Assembly: GCA_007124745.1 (NCBI GenBank)
Contig: SLEO01000019.1
Span: 1-56,177, forward strand
Reading direction: 5' to 3'
Length of the DNA: 56,177 bases
DNA from: Myxococcales bacterium
GTDB lineage: Bacteria; Myxococcota_A; Polyangia; Polyangiales; SLQV01
Shown here piece after piece: positions 37,834 to 46,393 of the stretch. The notes beneath the pieces were generated by a model. It had not been told where the DNA came from. It made no database searches and worked only from the letters and a program-made list of their open reading frames with translations. Positions within the stretch are counted from its first letter, which is position 1. Every line of letters starts with the position of its first letter. A program made the translations under genes and the position numbers.

Positions 37834-38691
37834 CTAGTTGATGGACGGAGGCTCTCCTCGTTCTTCGGCGAGCGCCGCGAGAAACTCGGCGAAGGCCCGC
37901 GCTTCGATCGCAGAGAGAGACTGTCCGCGGGCATCCCAGTCGAAGTTCGCGCGTGTGAGGATGTCGTCCATCTCTTCGAGATGAGAGTCTTCTTCCAACA
38001 GAATAGACCTTAACGAGAAGGGGGCGTCGATGGCACGCAGGTGTGCTTCGTAGCGACGGTAAAGGTCAACGGCACGTACTTCAACAGCGCGCGTGACGCA
38101 CAAGTAAGGGAGCAGTTGGCTGTGCGGTTCGGCGCTAAGCTGCGCACTCACCACGTCGCTGATCTCGTGGTCGAGCCGCTGGATGTAGGCTCTCGCTGCG
38201 TCGCCGCACATCAGTTGCTCACTGCGAAAGTCGGTGACCGTGCTGCCGCCTACGCGGCAAGCAAGCTCCTTAAAAAAAAGCGCGTGACGGGCCTCCTCGG
38301 CGATATGCCGTAGAAGCGTGAGGTCCGCGCTGCGCGAGTCCATCGATTTGACAATCTTCCTGCAGCCAATGTGCTCGAGCAGCGCGAGCGTGTTCAGCCA
38401 GCGTCCGTGGCGAAGGGGCTCTTTCACAACCCAGGCAAGATGTGCTTCGCTCGCAGCAGCGTGCTCGAGGGGAGCTGTCGCTGAGCCTGGCCCCTTCCTA
38501 CGCAATCCGAGCGTCACGCCTCCCTCGGGAAGCGCTTGGGTGGCGGGGGCGTCCGCAACGACGCGGGCTCCTTCGACAGCGGCCGCGTGCGCGGTTGCTG
38601 CGGGTTGAGGTTCGCTCGAAGCGCCGCCGGGGTGGAAGCCAGATGCCTGCATCACGCGCGAAGGTGTGGTCCCAGGCTCCGGCGAAAGCAA
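37834..38691 (-). CDS. hypothetical ferritin-like di-iron carboxylate protein
   Basis: It has the E...EXXH...E...EXXH arrangement (LLEHIGC, AEEARH, AVEVRA, LEEDSH) in a predicted helical protein. The Ala/Pro-rich N-terminus makes the start uncertain. Confidence 0.5.
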   Translation of the reverse strand: MLSPEPGTTPSRVMQASGFHPGGASSEPQPAATAHAAAVEGARVVADAPATQALPEGGVTLGLRRKGPGSATAPLEHAAASEAHLAWVVKEPLRHGRWLNTLALLEHIGCRKIVKSMDSRSADLTLLRHIAEEARHALFFKELACRVGGSTVTDFRSEQLMCGDAARAYIQRLDHEISDVVSAQLSAEPHSQLLPYLCVTRAVEVRAVDLYRRYEAHLRAIDAPFSLRSILLEEDSHLEEMDDILTRANFDWDARGQSLSAIEARAFAEFLAALAEERGEPPSIN

Positions 38692-38743
38692 GGCGAGAGC
38701 GCCTCTTCCTTGTTTTTCAAGCCATCACTGCGCCCCGTGGCAC

Positions 38744-40093
38744 TCAATCCAGGAGCCAGCTCAACGCGCGCAGCGGCAGCTTCCGACACGTGGTCGGCAG
38801 GGCGTTACGGATCTCCTGGCTGCTGGCTGCCGTCGGAAGGACGACCAGCCCAGCGTCCGCAAGTGGCAGATACAACGTTTCTCCGTCGCCCACGGGAGCA
38901 CCTAGGACGAAGGCCGCACGCGCTTGATAGATGCGCGTCGCTGTGTCGCTAGAGAAATCGTAGACAAAAAGCGCATCGCTTTCGTCCGTGAGGAAGTCGC
39001 CCTCTGCCACGAAGAGCACGCGGTCGCGGCTTAAGGGCAGCAGCCCCAGGCTTGGCGCTTCGGTAGGCACGCGCGGATGAAAGCGTCGTCGTTCCCCTAG
39101 CCGCCCCTCCGCCCACGTTAGCTGAACGATGCCGGAGCTGCCCTGCCGTTGGTCGGGTGTGGCGAACGGCGTGCCCCGGCAGAGGACGAAGAGTGTGTCG
39201 GCGTAGGCAGCGACTTCGCCGCAGTTGGCGAACGGCGTCAGGTCGACGTTCTGGACCAGCGCCCAGCGCGCGTAGTCCATAAGCGCGATACGGCCCGGGC
39301 CGGCGACCTGATAGTCCCCGCTTAGATGCCAAAGGCCCACGGCGAGCAGCGAGCCGCCCAACGGTGCAAAACGCGCGGGCCTGGCCCACAAGCCGTCATC
39401 GCGAAGGGTCGACAGGTCGAGTCTGCCGAGGAGGTCGCCGCTAGCGGGGTCGAGTCGAACGATGTCATCCCCGTCACCGGCGCTAGAGGGACCCTCCGCG
39501 GCCCCGGGGTCACCGCTGGCGCTACCGCGTTTGGGCTCGGGCCGGGTGACCAGCCACGTTCCGTCGCTGAGCCGGAAGGCATCCTGAGGATTGGGTCGGT
39601 AGGTCGCGTTCCGGTGCTGGCTACTCTGCGTCACGCCAACCGTCGAAAAGCTCACAACGTTCTGCGTAGGAACCCCGATCTCGACGGCGGTGATGCGGTC
39701 AAGGCCCAGTCGGTCGATGAAGGTAAGGCGGCCCTGATAACGCTGCTCCGACGGGAATACGACATCACTGCCGAGTACGGGGGCCAGCCCCACCGGCAAT
39801 GTCGCGCCGCTGAGCCAGTCCGCGGAGGCGATGCGGCCGGACGCGTCTAATAAGGAAATGCTTGAGGAGCCGGTGTAATCGCTGTGAAGCGCGGCGAGCC
39901 GTGGCGGGCCAGCATCGGGGGCAGGTGCGCACTCTGAGTGCGCGCAGCGCGCCATGAGAGCGCAGCCGACGCCCAGTGCGTAAGTCGCGAAGCAAGGGTG
40001 CTTCCTAACGCTAGCGCGCCCGTTATTAGGGGGCGCGTTGGCCGAGCTTGTTGAGCACGAAGGGGTGCTTCTCCCGAGCCAACATGCCCACAC
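38744..40093 (-). CDS. hypothetical secreted protein (beta-rich, possibly propeller-like)
   Basis: A 449-aa ORF with consistent coding periodicity and a hydrophobic N-terminal segment (CFATYALGVGCALMA). I recognised no family. The start is uncertain and the ORF overlaps the upstream gene's end. Confidence 0.5.
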   Translation of the reverse strand: MWACWLGRSTPSCSTSSANAPPNNGRASVRKHPCFATYALGVGCALMARCAHSECAPAPDAGPPRLAALHSDYTGSSSISLLDASGRIASADWLSGATLPVGLAPVLGSDVVFPSEQRYQGRLTFIDRLGLDRITAVEIGVPTQNVVSFSTVGVTQSSQHRNATYRPNPQDAFRLSDGTWLVTRPEPKRGSASGDPGAAEGPSSAGDGDDIVRLDPASGDLLGRLDLSTLRDDGLWARPARFAPLGGSLLAVGLWHLSGDYQVAGPGRIALMDYARWALVQNVDLTPFANCGEVAAYADTLFVLCRGTPFATPDQRQGSSGIVQLTWAEGRLGERRRFHPRVPTEAPSLGLLPLSRDRVLFVAEGDFLTDESDALFVYDFSSDTATRIYQARAAFVLGAPVGDGETLYLPLADAGLVVLPTAASSQEIRNALPTTCRKLPLRALSWLLD

Positions 40094-40586
40094 GCAGGTC
40101 GTTTAGCGCAGGCTCGGACGCCAGCCAATCAGCGGCGAAGGCCCTGAGGTGTAAATCTTCTGCGGCCATCAATTCCTTTGCAAGGCCGCGTTTCAGCGCT
40201 GTCTGCGCCTTAGTACTCGAAGCCTTAGCGCCAGGCTGCTCGCTAGAGCGCTGCAGTAGTGCGATGAGCGCGGCGCCCGCCGAGCGCCGCACGCTCGGTC
40301 GCTCGCGCTCGCTCGCAGCGAGGTCGAGCAGCCGCTGCCCAACATCGAGGCTTAAGCTCACGTCACCGAGCACCTGAAGGGCCCGCAGTTGCGTTAGGAG
40401 GAGACCGTTGCCGTCGAAAGCAAGTGCCTCCAGCGCGGCCTCGAGGTCCAGGCAGGTCGCTCTAAACGCTTCAATGGGCGGCACCTCGTGGCGGCTGAGC
40501 AGCAGCGCCTCAAGAGGTGCCTTGTCTTTCTGGCACGCGACTGCAGGTGTCGCGGCAGCCTGGACCGACCCCGCCATCGATACCAT
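40026..40586 (-). CDS. hypothetical HEAT-like repeat protein with signal/lipobox-like N-terminus
   Basis: It is helical, with HEAT-like segments (VRRSAGAALIAL, LRAFAADWLA). The ORF is open to 40946, but that extension runs through the family A repeat. The true start lies near 40586-40601 (ATG or TTG). Confidence 0.48.
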   Translation of the reverse strand: MVSMAGSVQAAATPAVACQKDKAPLEALLLSRHEVPPIEAFRATCLDLEAALEALAFDGNGLLLTQLRALQVLGDVSLSLDVGQRLLDLAASERERPSVRRSAGAALIALLQRSSEQPGAKASSTKAQTALKRGLAKELMAAEDLHLRAFAADWLASEPALNDLRVGMLAREKHPFVLNKLGQRAP

Positions 40587-40619
40587 CCAGGACACCAAGC
40601 CCAACCAGCCTACCGTACG

Positions 40620-40793
40620 TAGGTGTTTAGTGGGGCATGTTAGCGAAATGTCCCTTGGTTTTCGGGAGTGAATCCCACGGCATTCCCCGACACAGGTCCA
40701 ACCCCCAAAACCTAAAGTTGCGCCCGGGGCCCCAACACCCACTTGCGCTTTTTCTGTGAACTTTTCGCTTTGTCTACCGCCCTGAACGCCTGC
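40620..40793 (+). mobile_element. MITE-like element, family A, copy 3 (174 bp, degenerate ends)
   Basis: It aligns with 37643-37799 across GTAGGTGTTTAGTGGGGCATGTTAGCGAAATGTCCC, TTCGGGAGTGAATCCC, CCCCCAAAACCTAAAG, CCCACTTGCGCTTT and the tail CTACCGCCCTGAACGCCTGC. No clear TSD. Confidence 0.62.
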
Positions 40794-40840
40794 GGGTGCG
40801 CGGCTAACTTTCGGATGCCCTAACACTGCGTGTGCCTTAG

Positions 40841-42376
40841 TCATTCCTGACCTCGCGAAACGACGGGGTTGAGTCGGAGTTGTGCGCCCTGATCTACGCT
40901 GATTTCCGACTGATTCAGGAAGGCTGCGTTGGGGTCGATAGTCCAAAACATGAAGTTGCCCGCGCCACGCTCAGCGCACTCCTCCGGCGTCAGAATTCCG
41001 TCGCCGTTGGTGTCAAAGTTGCGCGTGCATTCCGGTGTATCCTCGATGCGGTCGTGAATGGTGCCCGTCGATTCGCTGGTATGGTAGAGGCCTAGCCAAT
41101 GGGCAACTTCGTGGGCCAACGTCCCCGCCAAGAGCTGCGGCTCGATGGTCCGTCTTGGCCCGGCTCTGTGGGCTTCTAACGCCACGATGACACCATGACG
41201 TTCGAGGTAAGCCCCCGGTGCTCCGGCGGAGACTCCTAAAACAACCTGGTTTCTTGATATGCCCGGGCCGATGTCGCTATCAGGGTTGGGCTGCAACGTG
41301 AGTTCGTTCACCACGTAGATGTTAAGGGCGTTCTCGGCGAGCGGTAGAGTCGTGCTCTCGGTGGCCTCTGCGCCAAAGAGGCGCGCGGGGACGTTCTCTG
41401 GGACCTCTCCGGCGGAGGACGGAATGACTACCGTCTCGAACGTTTCGTCGGTGATACGCGCAATGCCCCCCCCGGTTTCCGCGAGTCGAATACCGCGCTG
41501 ACGAAAAAACTCATCGGAAGCCGTCAGCGCGCCGAATACGCGGGTGCGCTCATCGCGGTCGTCCAATGCGCGTCCTACCGCGATCAAGTTGTAAGGGATG
41601 ACGCCGGTGTCAGCGCGCGGGCCACGGCGCAGCGCAATTTGCACACCTTTATCCGTCGCGACCGAGGCGATGCTCTGAAACCGGTAGTGTCCGCCGGTGG
41701 CGCTTGTGCGAGGGTTCTGAGGATAAAGTATGGCGGCAAAGTCGATGCCCAGTCCGGGTGCCTGCGACTGGCGCACCGCTGAACGCAAGAGTGTCGGGCC
41801 GCTCTGCGGGTCGATGAGCGCTTCATTCGAGGGGTTACGAAACATCGAAAAAATATAGCGTTCACCCTCGCTGACAAGTGCCTGCCCAAAGATGGTGATG
41901 GCTAGGCTCTGCGTATCCGGCGGGACGCATAGTTCAACTGCCGGGCTCTGAACGTTCTCACCGCTCTGCCGGAAGGGCAGCGACTCGAGGGCAACAAAGG
42001 TGGAGCTGTCGGCTTCCGTGCCGGCAACGAGATCGAGCGCACCCTCGCGGCACCGCACCTCCGCGTCGGGGTCCGTCACTGCGTCGCCCGATTCCCCGTC
42101 ACAGGCGCAAACGGTGTTCAGAATAAGCGCGATGCCAGCCACGCACGCGCGTGGGCGCAAGCGCAACAGCGGGACCGCTTGCCTCTCTACAAGCCCGCGC
42201 GCCGAGCGCTTCACCGGGCAATCGAGACCCTCACCGAGATTACACCATCCCACGCTACTCAGTAGGGTACCCCAAAGCCTGGGTTCCGTCGATAGTCCTT
42301 GGAAGAGGGAGCGAGCCAGTTGTCCTGCCATTTTCCCAGTAAGATCATTGGCTTGAGTGGTTGAGTGTGCGCGCAT
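40841..42376 (-). CDS. secreted metzincin-type zinc metalloprotease lipoprotein
   Basis: It has the HEVAHWLGLYH motif (HExxHxxGxxH), a lipobox-like IALILNTVCAC, and a C-terminal DTNGDGILTPEEC Ca-binding-like loop. The start is uncertain. Confidence 0.75.
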   Translation of the reverse strand: MRAHSTTQANDLTGKMAGQLARSLFQGLSTEPRLWGTLLSSVGWCNLGEGLDCPVKRSARGLVERQAVPLLRLRPRACVAGIALILNTVCACDGESGDAVTDPDAEVRCREGALDLVAGTEADSSTFVALESLPFRQSGENVQSPAVELCVPPDTQSLAITIFGQALVSEGERYIFSMFRNPSNEALIDPQSGPTLLRSAVRQSQAPGLGIDFAAILYPQNPRTSATGGHYRFQSIASVATDKGVQIALRRGPRADTGVIPYNLIAVGRALDDRDERTRVFGALTASDEFFRQRGIRLAETGGGIARITDETFETVVIPSSAGEVPENVPARLFGAEATESTTLPLAENALNIYVVNELTLQPNPDSDIGPGISRNQVVLGVSAGAPGAYLERHGVIVALEAHRAGPRRTIEPQLLAGTLAHEVAHWLGLYHTSESTGTIHDRIEDTPECTRNFDTNGDGILTPEECAERGAGNFMFWTIDPNAAFLNQSEISVDQGAQLRLNPVVSRGQE

Positions 42377-42592
42377 GTGTGCCGACGCCTCGCCTCGGTG
42401 CTTGTGAGCGCGTGTGCCCAGTTAAGCCATCCGCGTCTGTCGAGAAACAGTCTGTGCTTGCATAGGCGCAAAGCCAAACGGAATCACAGTAGACGCGAAT
42501 GATACACATCATGCCTGCGCGTCAAGTTCGGGTCTTGTCCCCTCACGAGCCAAGACGCAGCTAGATGAGGACGCGGCTGGGTGAGGGCGGGG

Positions 42593-43966
42593 CTAGGCGA
42601 GGACGCGCGCTAGGCCGGCCACAAACGCATCAAGCGTGGTTTTCGGCTGCAGCTCGGTCACCGCGACAAGTAGGTCCTGCGGCGCGTCGATCCCCAAGCG
42701 GGAAAGCGGTATGCCGCCTTCGATGCCCGTATGCTCGCGCAGCTTTTGCACGAGCTGTTCCGCGGACAGGCGCTCTGACCGTAAAACAAACTCATTAAAG
42801 AAGGGCGCCGCGTAGGGCAGGCTCAGCGTCGGAATGGCTGCGAGGGCATCCGCGAGATAGGCGGCTCTTGCGGCCATGAGTTCACCTGCTTGCTTAAAGC
42901 CACTCCGGCCGAGCAACGCGCAACGAATCGTCATGGCGAGCGCGATGAGGCCGTTGTTCGTGCAAATGTTGGAGGTGGCCTTTTCGCGGCGAATGTGCTG
43001 TTCGCGGGTGTTGAGCGTGAGCACGTAACCGCGCTTGCCTTCCGCATCGACCGTTTCACCGATAAGGCGACCGGGCATCTGCCGGAGAAAGTCCGCTTTG
43101 CATGCAAAGAGGCCGACGCCCGGGCCGCCGAAGTTTGGCGCAATCGCGAGCGACTGCCCTTCACCGACGGCGATGTCGACACCTAGTGTCCCCGGCGCTT
43201 CAAGCACCGCCAGCGCATAGGGTTCATAAGTGAGGCTGATGCAGAGCGCGCCTGCGCCGTGCGCGCGTTCCCCGATGGCGGCGAGGTCTTCGACGCAGCC
43301 GAGGACGTTGGGGTAGCCGACCGCCACGCCCGCCACGCCGCCGGCAGTCAAGGCTGCATCGAGAGCGCTAAGGTCGAGTTGGCCGCTCGCGAGACAAGGA
43401 ATAACTTGAATCTCAGCGTGACCGTCATCCAGTCCGTCGAGATAGGTGCGCAGCGTCTCACGTGCGTGAGGGTGCACGGTATCGGCCACAAGCACCCGGG
43501 CTTTTCCCGTCACGCGCCGGGCCATGAGCGCGGCCTCCGCAAGGCCGCTTGCGCCGTCATAGAGCGACGCGTTGGCCGCCCCTAGCCCGAAGAGTTCACA
43601 GACTAGCGTCTGGAATTCAAACATGGCTTGGAGCGTCCCCTGAGCAACTTCGGCCTGATAGGGCGTGTAGGCGGTGTAGAACTCGCCGCGCAAAAGCAGC
43701 TGGTCCACGGCGGGAGGGATGTGGTGGTAGTAGGCGCCGCCGCCTAGAAAGGATTGGCTCGGATCGACCGCACGGTTTTTCTGCGCAAGACCGCGCAGTT
43801 CAGTCATCAGGGCAGACTCATCCAGACCAGCGGGCAGTGCGAGATCCTGGCGGAGTCGAAACGCTTCAGGAACCGCGTCGAAGAGTGCATCGATATCCTG
43901 CGCGCCGATGCGTTCCAGCATGTGGCGGGCATCATCGGGCGTGAGTGAGAGGTAGCGGGAGGTCAT
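42593..43966 (-). CDS. gcvPA: glycine dehydrogenase (aminomethyl-transferring) subunit 1
   Basis: 457-aa ORF. It has the typical N-terminus YLSLTPDDARHMLERIG, plus GGGAYYHHIP and YTPYQAEVAQG blocks. Confidence 0.92.
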   Translation of the reverse strand: MTSRYLSLTPDDARHMLERIGAQDIDALFDAVPEAFRLRQDLALPAGLDESALMTELRGLAQKNRAVDPSQSFLGGGAYYHHIPPAVDQLLLRGEFYTAYTPYQAEVAQGTLQAMFEFQTLVCELFGLGAANASLYDGASGLAEAALMARRVTGKARVLVADTVHPHARETLRTYLDGLDDGHAEIQVIPCLASGQLDLSALDAALTAGGVAGVAVGYPNVLGCVEDLAAIGERAHGAGALCISLTYEPYALAVLEAPGTLGVDIAVGEGQSLAIAPNFGGPGVGLFACKADFLRQMPGRLIGETVDAEGKRGYVLTLNTREQHIRREKATSNICTNNGLIALAMTIRCALLGRSGFKQAGELMAARAAYLADALAAIPTLSLPYAAPFFNEFVLRSERLSAEQLVQKLREHTGIEGGIPLSRLGIDAPQDLLVAVTELQPKTTLDAFVAGLARVLA

Positions 43967-44167
43967 TGGCGTTAATCTGCGGCGAAGCGTCTAGCCCGTG
44001 TAGGCTCATTGTTATCTGCGGCCAAGGTGCGTGTGCAGGTGCCCTCTCTATCCGAGCCTAACCCGCTCGGGCCGGGCTCGGCGGCCACCCATCTCATCTA
44101 CTCGTTTGCCGTGTGCGGCGGCGTGAACGAATGCAGCCCGGGACGGGTTCATCGGCAGGCAGGCTGT

Positions 44168-44554
44168 TTAGTCCAAGGTGTCTACGTAGGCTGCGTAGTC
44201 TGCGGCACTCAGCAGGGCGTCGAGTTCGGCGGGCTGCGCCGGCCGCAAGGTGATGAGCCAGCCGTCGTCGTAGGCGCTCTGATTGAGCTGCTCCGGAGAC
44301 TCGGAAATGGCCGCGTTGCTCGCCACTACCTCACCCGCCACCGGGCTGAAGAGTTCGCTGACCGTCTTGACGGATTCTACTTCTCCGAAGGCCTCGCCCT
44401 GGGCGAGCGTTCTTCCAGGTGCCGGCAGGCTTACGAGTGTCACGTCGCCGAGCTGCGCGACCGCATAGCTCGTAATCCCGACGCGAATATCGCCCGCTTC
44501 GTTGAGTTCAGCCCACTCGTGATCTTTGGTGTAGCGCAGGTGCTCGGGGATCAT
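44168..44554 (-). CDS. gcvH: glycine cleavage system H protein
   Basis: The start is set at the internal ATG giving 128 aa (MIPEHLRYTKDHEWA...). There is a lipoyl-lysine block (GEVESVKTVSEL). Confidence 0.92.
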   Translation of the reverse strand: MIPEHLRYTKDHEWAELNEAGDIRVGITSYAVAQLGDVTLVSLPAPGRTLAQGEAFGEVESVKTVSELFSPVAGEVVASNAAISESPEQLNQSAYDDGWLITLRPAQPAELDALLSAADYAAYVDTLD

Positions 44555-44748
44555 GGAAGACCAGCATAGCGCTGTTTGCGCACCCGCAAAGTGCTCCGCG
44601 GGCAAATGAGCGATGCGCGGCAGCGGCGGGTGACTTGCCGAATGGCGCGGCAAGACGGCTTCGCATCGCTGTGGACCGATTGTTGCTGAGGTGGTTCCCT
44701 GTGGTGACACGTAGGACATGGGCCGGTTTAAGGCATGCGCGCCTCGGG

Positions 44749-45879
44749 ATGATGCTCGCGTGCGCGGTGAGCGCATGCAGTCACCACCTCGACGAGGTTA
44801 GTGTTGACGAAGACAAGGTTGCGTTCCCGACCTCGCGTCCCACGCCCAAAGAGGCAGAGGCTACGATGGTCCTGCTAAGCGCGCGCGAGTCGGACGCATG
44901 CCCGGCGGGCGTGAAGGGCTTTGAAATTGCCAGCTGCGGCGTGACGCCCGTGAGCGAGAGTGAGAATTTTGTTGCCACCGCTAAACACTGCGGAACGGAC
45001 AAGGACGCGATGCGTCTAGTCGTGGACCCGGCAGAAGCGCGAAAGCGGTTGCCTGAGCGCCGCCTCGATGCGTGCCGCTCTGCGGAAGAGCGTGACCAAA
45101 TCTTAAAGCCCGGACCCGGTGTACTGACGGTGAAGTCGGTGCACGTCGCTGAACAGGGTGACCTCGCGCTGCTGCACATACCGGAGCTGCCCAAGTCGGT
45201 GCCCGCCCTGCCGCTTTGCGACATGGCGTTGCTCACGCCGAGAAGTGAAATGCTTATCGTTGGCCCAGGCACGGTTGATTGCTTCGATTCGAAGGGCCAG
45301 TATCAGAAGCCTACTAAGTACGGATTCGGCAAGGCGTTGCTGCGGCCCCACTATGAGACCACGCCCAAGTTCGGGCCGACGGAGCGCTTCGATCACTTTG
45401 GCCCTGCACTGACGTGTAACGGTGATAGCGGAGCCGGCTTGCTCACCTATCAGAACAATGCGCTTCACTGGTGTGGCGTGGCCGCACGTCACTCCACTTC
45501 AAGCGAGCCGCGCCCGATGCTCATCGGCGCCACGCTGCAGACAGCCGCGATTTGCCAACTGTTTATCGAGACATTTTCGCCCGAAAGTCCCGAAGGTAAG
45601 CGGGCGAAAGCGGTATGCGAGCCCACGTTTGCCGCGCACCAGGGCTGCTACATTGAGCAGAAGGAGTGCACGCGTCTCGCCACGCTTCCTGACCGCAAAC
45701 ACGAAGGGAAAGGCCGGTTCCGCACGTCGATTGACGCGGCGCATACCGACAAAGACGCCTGCCTCAGCCAGGCACAAGCGACGGCCGATTGGTGCATGAA
45801 TCCCGAGGGTTCCAAAACCAAGGCGTGTTTTTGGGGACCCAAGGGCAAAGAGGAATGCAGAGTGTACTCCTCACCGTAA
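44749..45879 (+). CDS. trypsin-like (S1 family) serine protease lipoprotein with Cys-rich C-terminal region
   Basis: It has a lipobox (MMLACAVSAC) at an internal ATG, a His block (TAKHCG) and a Ser block (CNGDSGAGL). The C-terminal ~90 aa contain 7 Cys. The stop codon lies inside the repeat terminus. Confidence 0.68.
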   Translation: MMLACAVSACSHHLDEVSVDEDKVAFPTSRPTPKEAEATMVLLSARESDACPAGVKGFEIASCGVTPVSESENFVATAKHCGTDKDAMRLVVDPAEARKRLPERRLDACRSAEERDQILKPGPGVLTVKSVHVAEQGDLALLHIPELPKSVPALPLCDMALLTPRSEMLIVGPGTVDCFDSKGQYQKPTKYGFGKALLRPHYETTPKFGPTERFDHFGPALTCNGDSGAGLLTYQNNALHWCGVAARHSTSSEPRPMLIGATLQTAAICQLFIETFSPESPEGKRAKAVCEPTFAAHQGCYIEQKECTRLATLPDRKHEGKGRFRTSIDAAHTDKDACLSQAQATADWCMNPEGSKTKACFWGPKGKEECRVYSSP

Positions 45880-45968
45880 CTGTGCAGTGCGGCAGTTGAC
45901 ACGCATGCCCCCAAGTTTTCGGGCGTGAATCCCGCACGCTCTCCCCACTCTGCCTCTAAGGTGGCCTA

Positions 45969-46126
45969 GAGCGTGATCCAGAATCTGCGCAAGGCGTTGC
46001 GTCGCGAGGAGGGCCGTCAGCTGCCCGCTGAAAGCTTGCAATACCCCGGGTATGCCTGCGCTTTCAGCGAACACCTGACAACCCACCACGCTTAGCCACG
46101 CCTTGCGCAGATTCTGGATCACGCTC
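45969..46126. mobile_element. palindromic MITE-like element, family C (158 bp) with TA duplication
   Basis: It has 29-bp perfect TIRs (45969-45997 and 46098-46126). TA is present on both sides (45967-45968 and 46127-46128), where uninterrupted A copies carry a single TA in GGCC-TA-AAGC. Confidence 0.78.
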
Positions 46127-46193
46127 TAAAGCCGGCAAGTCGGACCCCAGCACCCACGCGGCTCTTTCCCGCTGGGTTTTCGCTATTTGGACC

Positions 46194-46340
46194 CTGAGCG
46201 ATCTACTCATGAACTCGAGACGCAGAAAACCGCGGGGAAATGGGCCTGGAGTAAGGATGGTGGGGTGGGCAGGGTCCGCGCACGGACGGCCCATTTCCCC
46301 GCGGTTTTCGTCCCCCAGGGTCACCGTGGGGATGGCTCAG
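46194..46340 (+). mobile_element. MITE-like element, family B, copy 1 (147 bp)
   Basis: The termini are CTGAGCGATC and GATGGCTCAG (9 of 10 complementary). The inner arms form a 22-bp perfect inverted repeat (46225-46246 and 46288-46309). The flanking 9-mers are ATTTGGACC and ATCTGGACC. Confidence 0.78.
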
Positions 46341-46393
46341 ATCTGGACCCCCTGAACGCTCTGCCACCTCGCCGACGCGCTCGATGGGACGGG

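Larger units (their letters stand above)
45876..46363 (+). mobile_element. MITE-like element, family A, copy 4, interrupted by family C and family B insertions
   Basis: The ends are GTAACTGTGCAGTGCGG and CCCCCTGAACGCTCTG. Removing 45969-46128 and 46194-46349 restores a contiguous ~172-bp sequence that aligns with the other A copies. Confidence 0.68.

Noticed and set aside
44555-44748. A glycine riboswitch upstream of gcvH.
   Set aside because: I could not find the conserved ACCGAAGGGGCAA / CTCAGGCAAAAGGAC-like blocks on the minus strand. A covariance-model scan is needed to be certain.
46064-46324. Two ORFs (46064-46324 and 52128-52364) sharing the peptide PTILTPGPFPRGFLRLE, suggesting a conserved small gene.
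   Set aside because: The shared peptide is simply the translation of the family B repeat, which has TIRs and TSDs. The ORFs differ outside the repeat.
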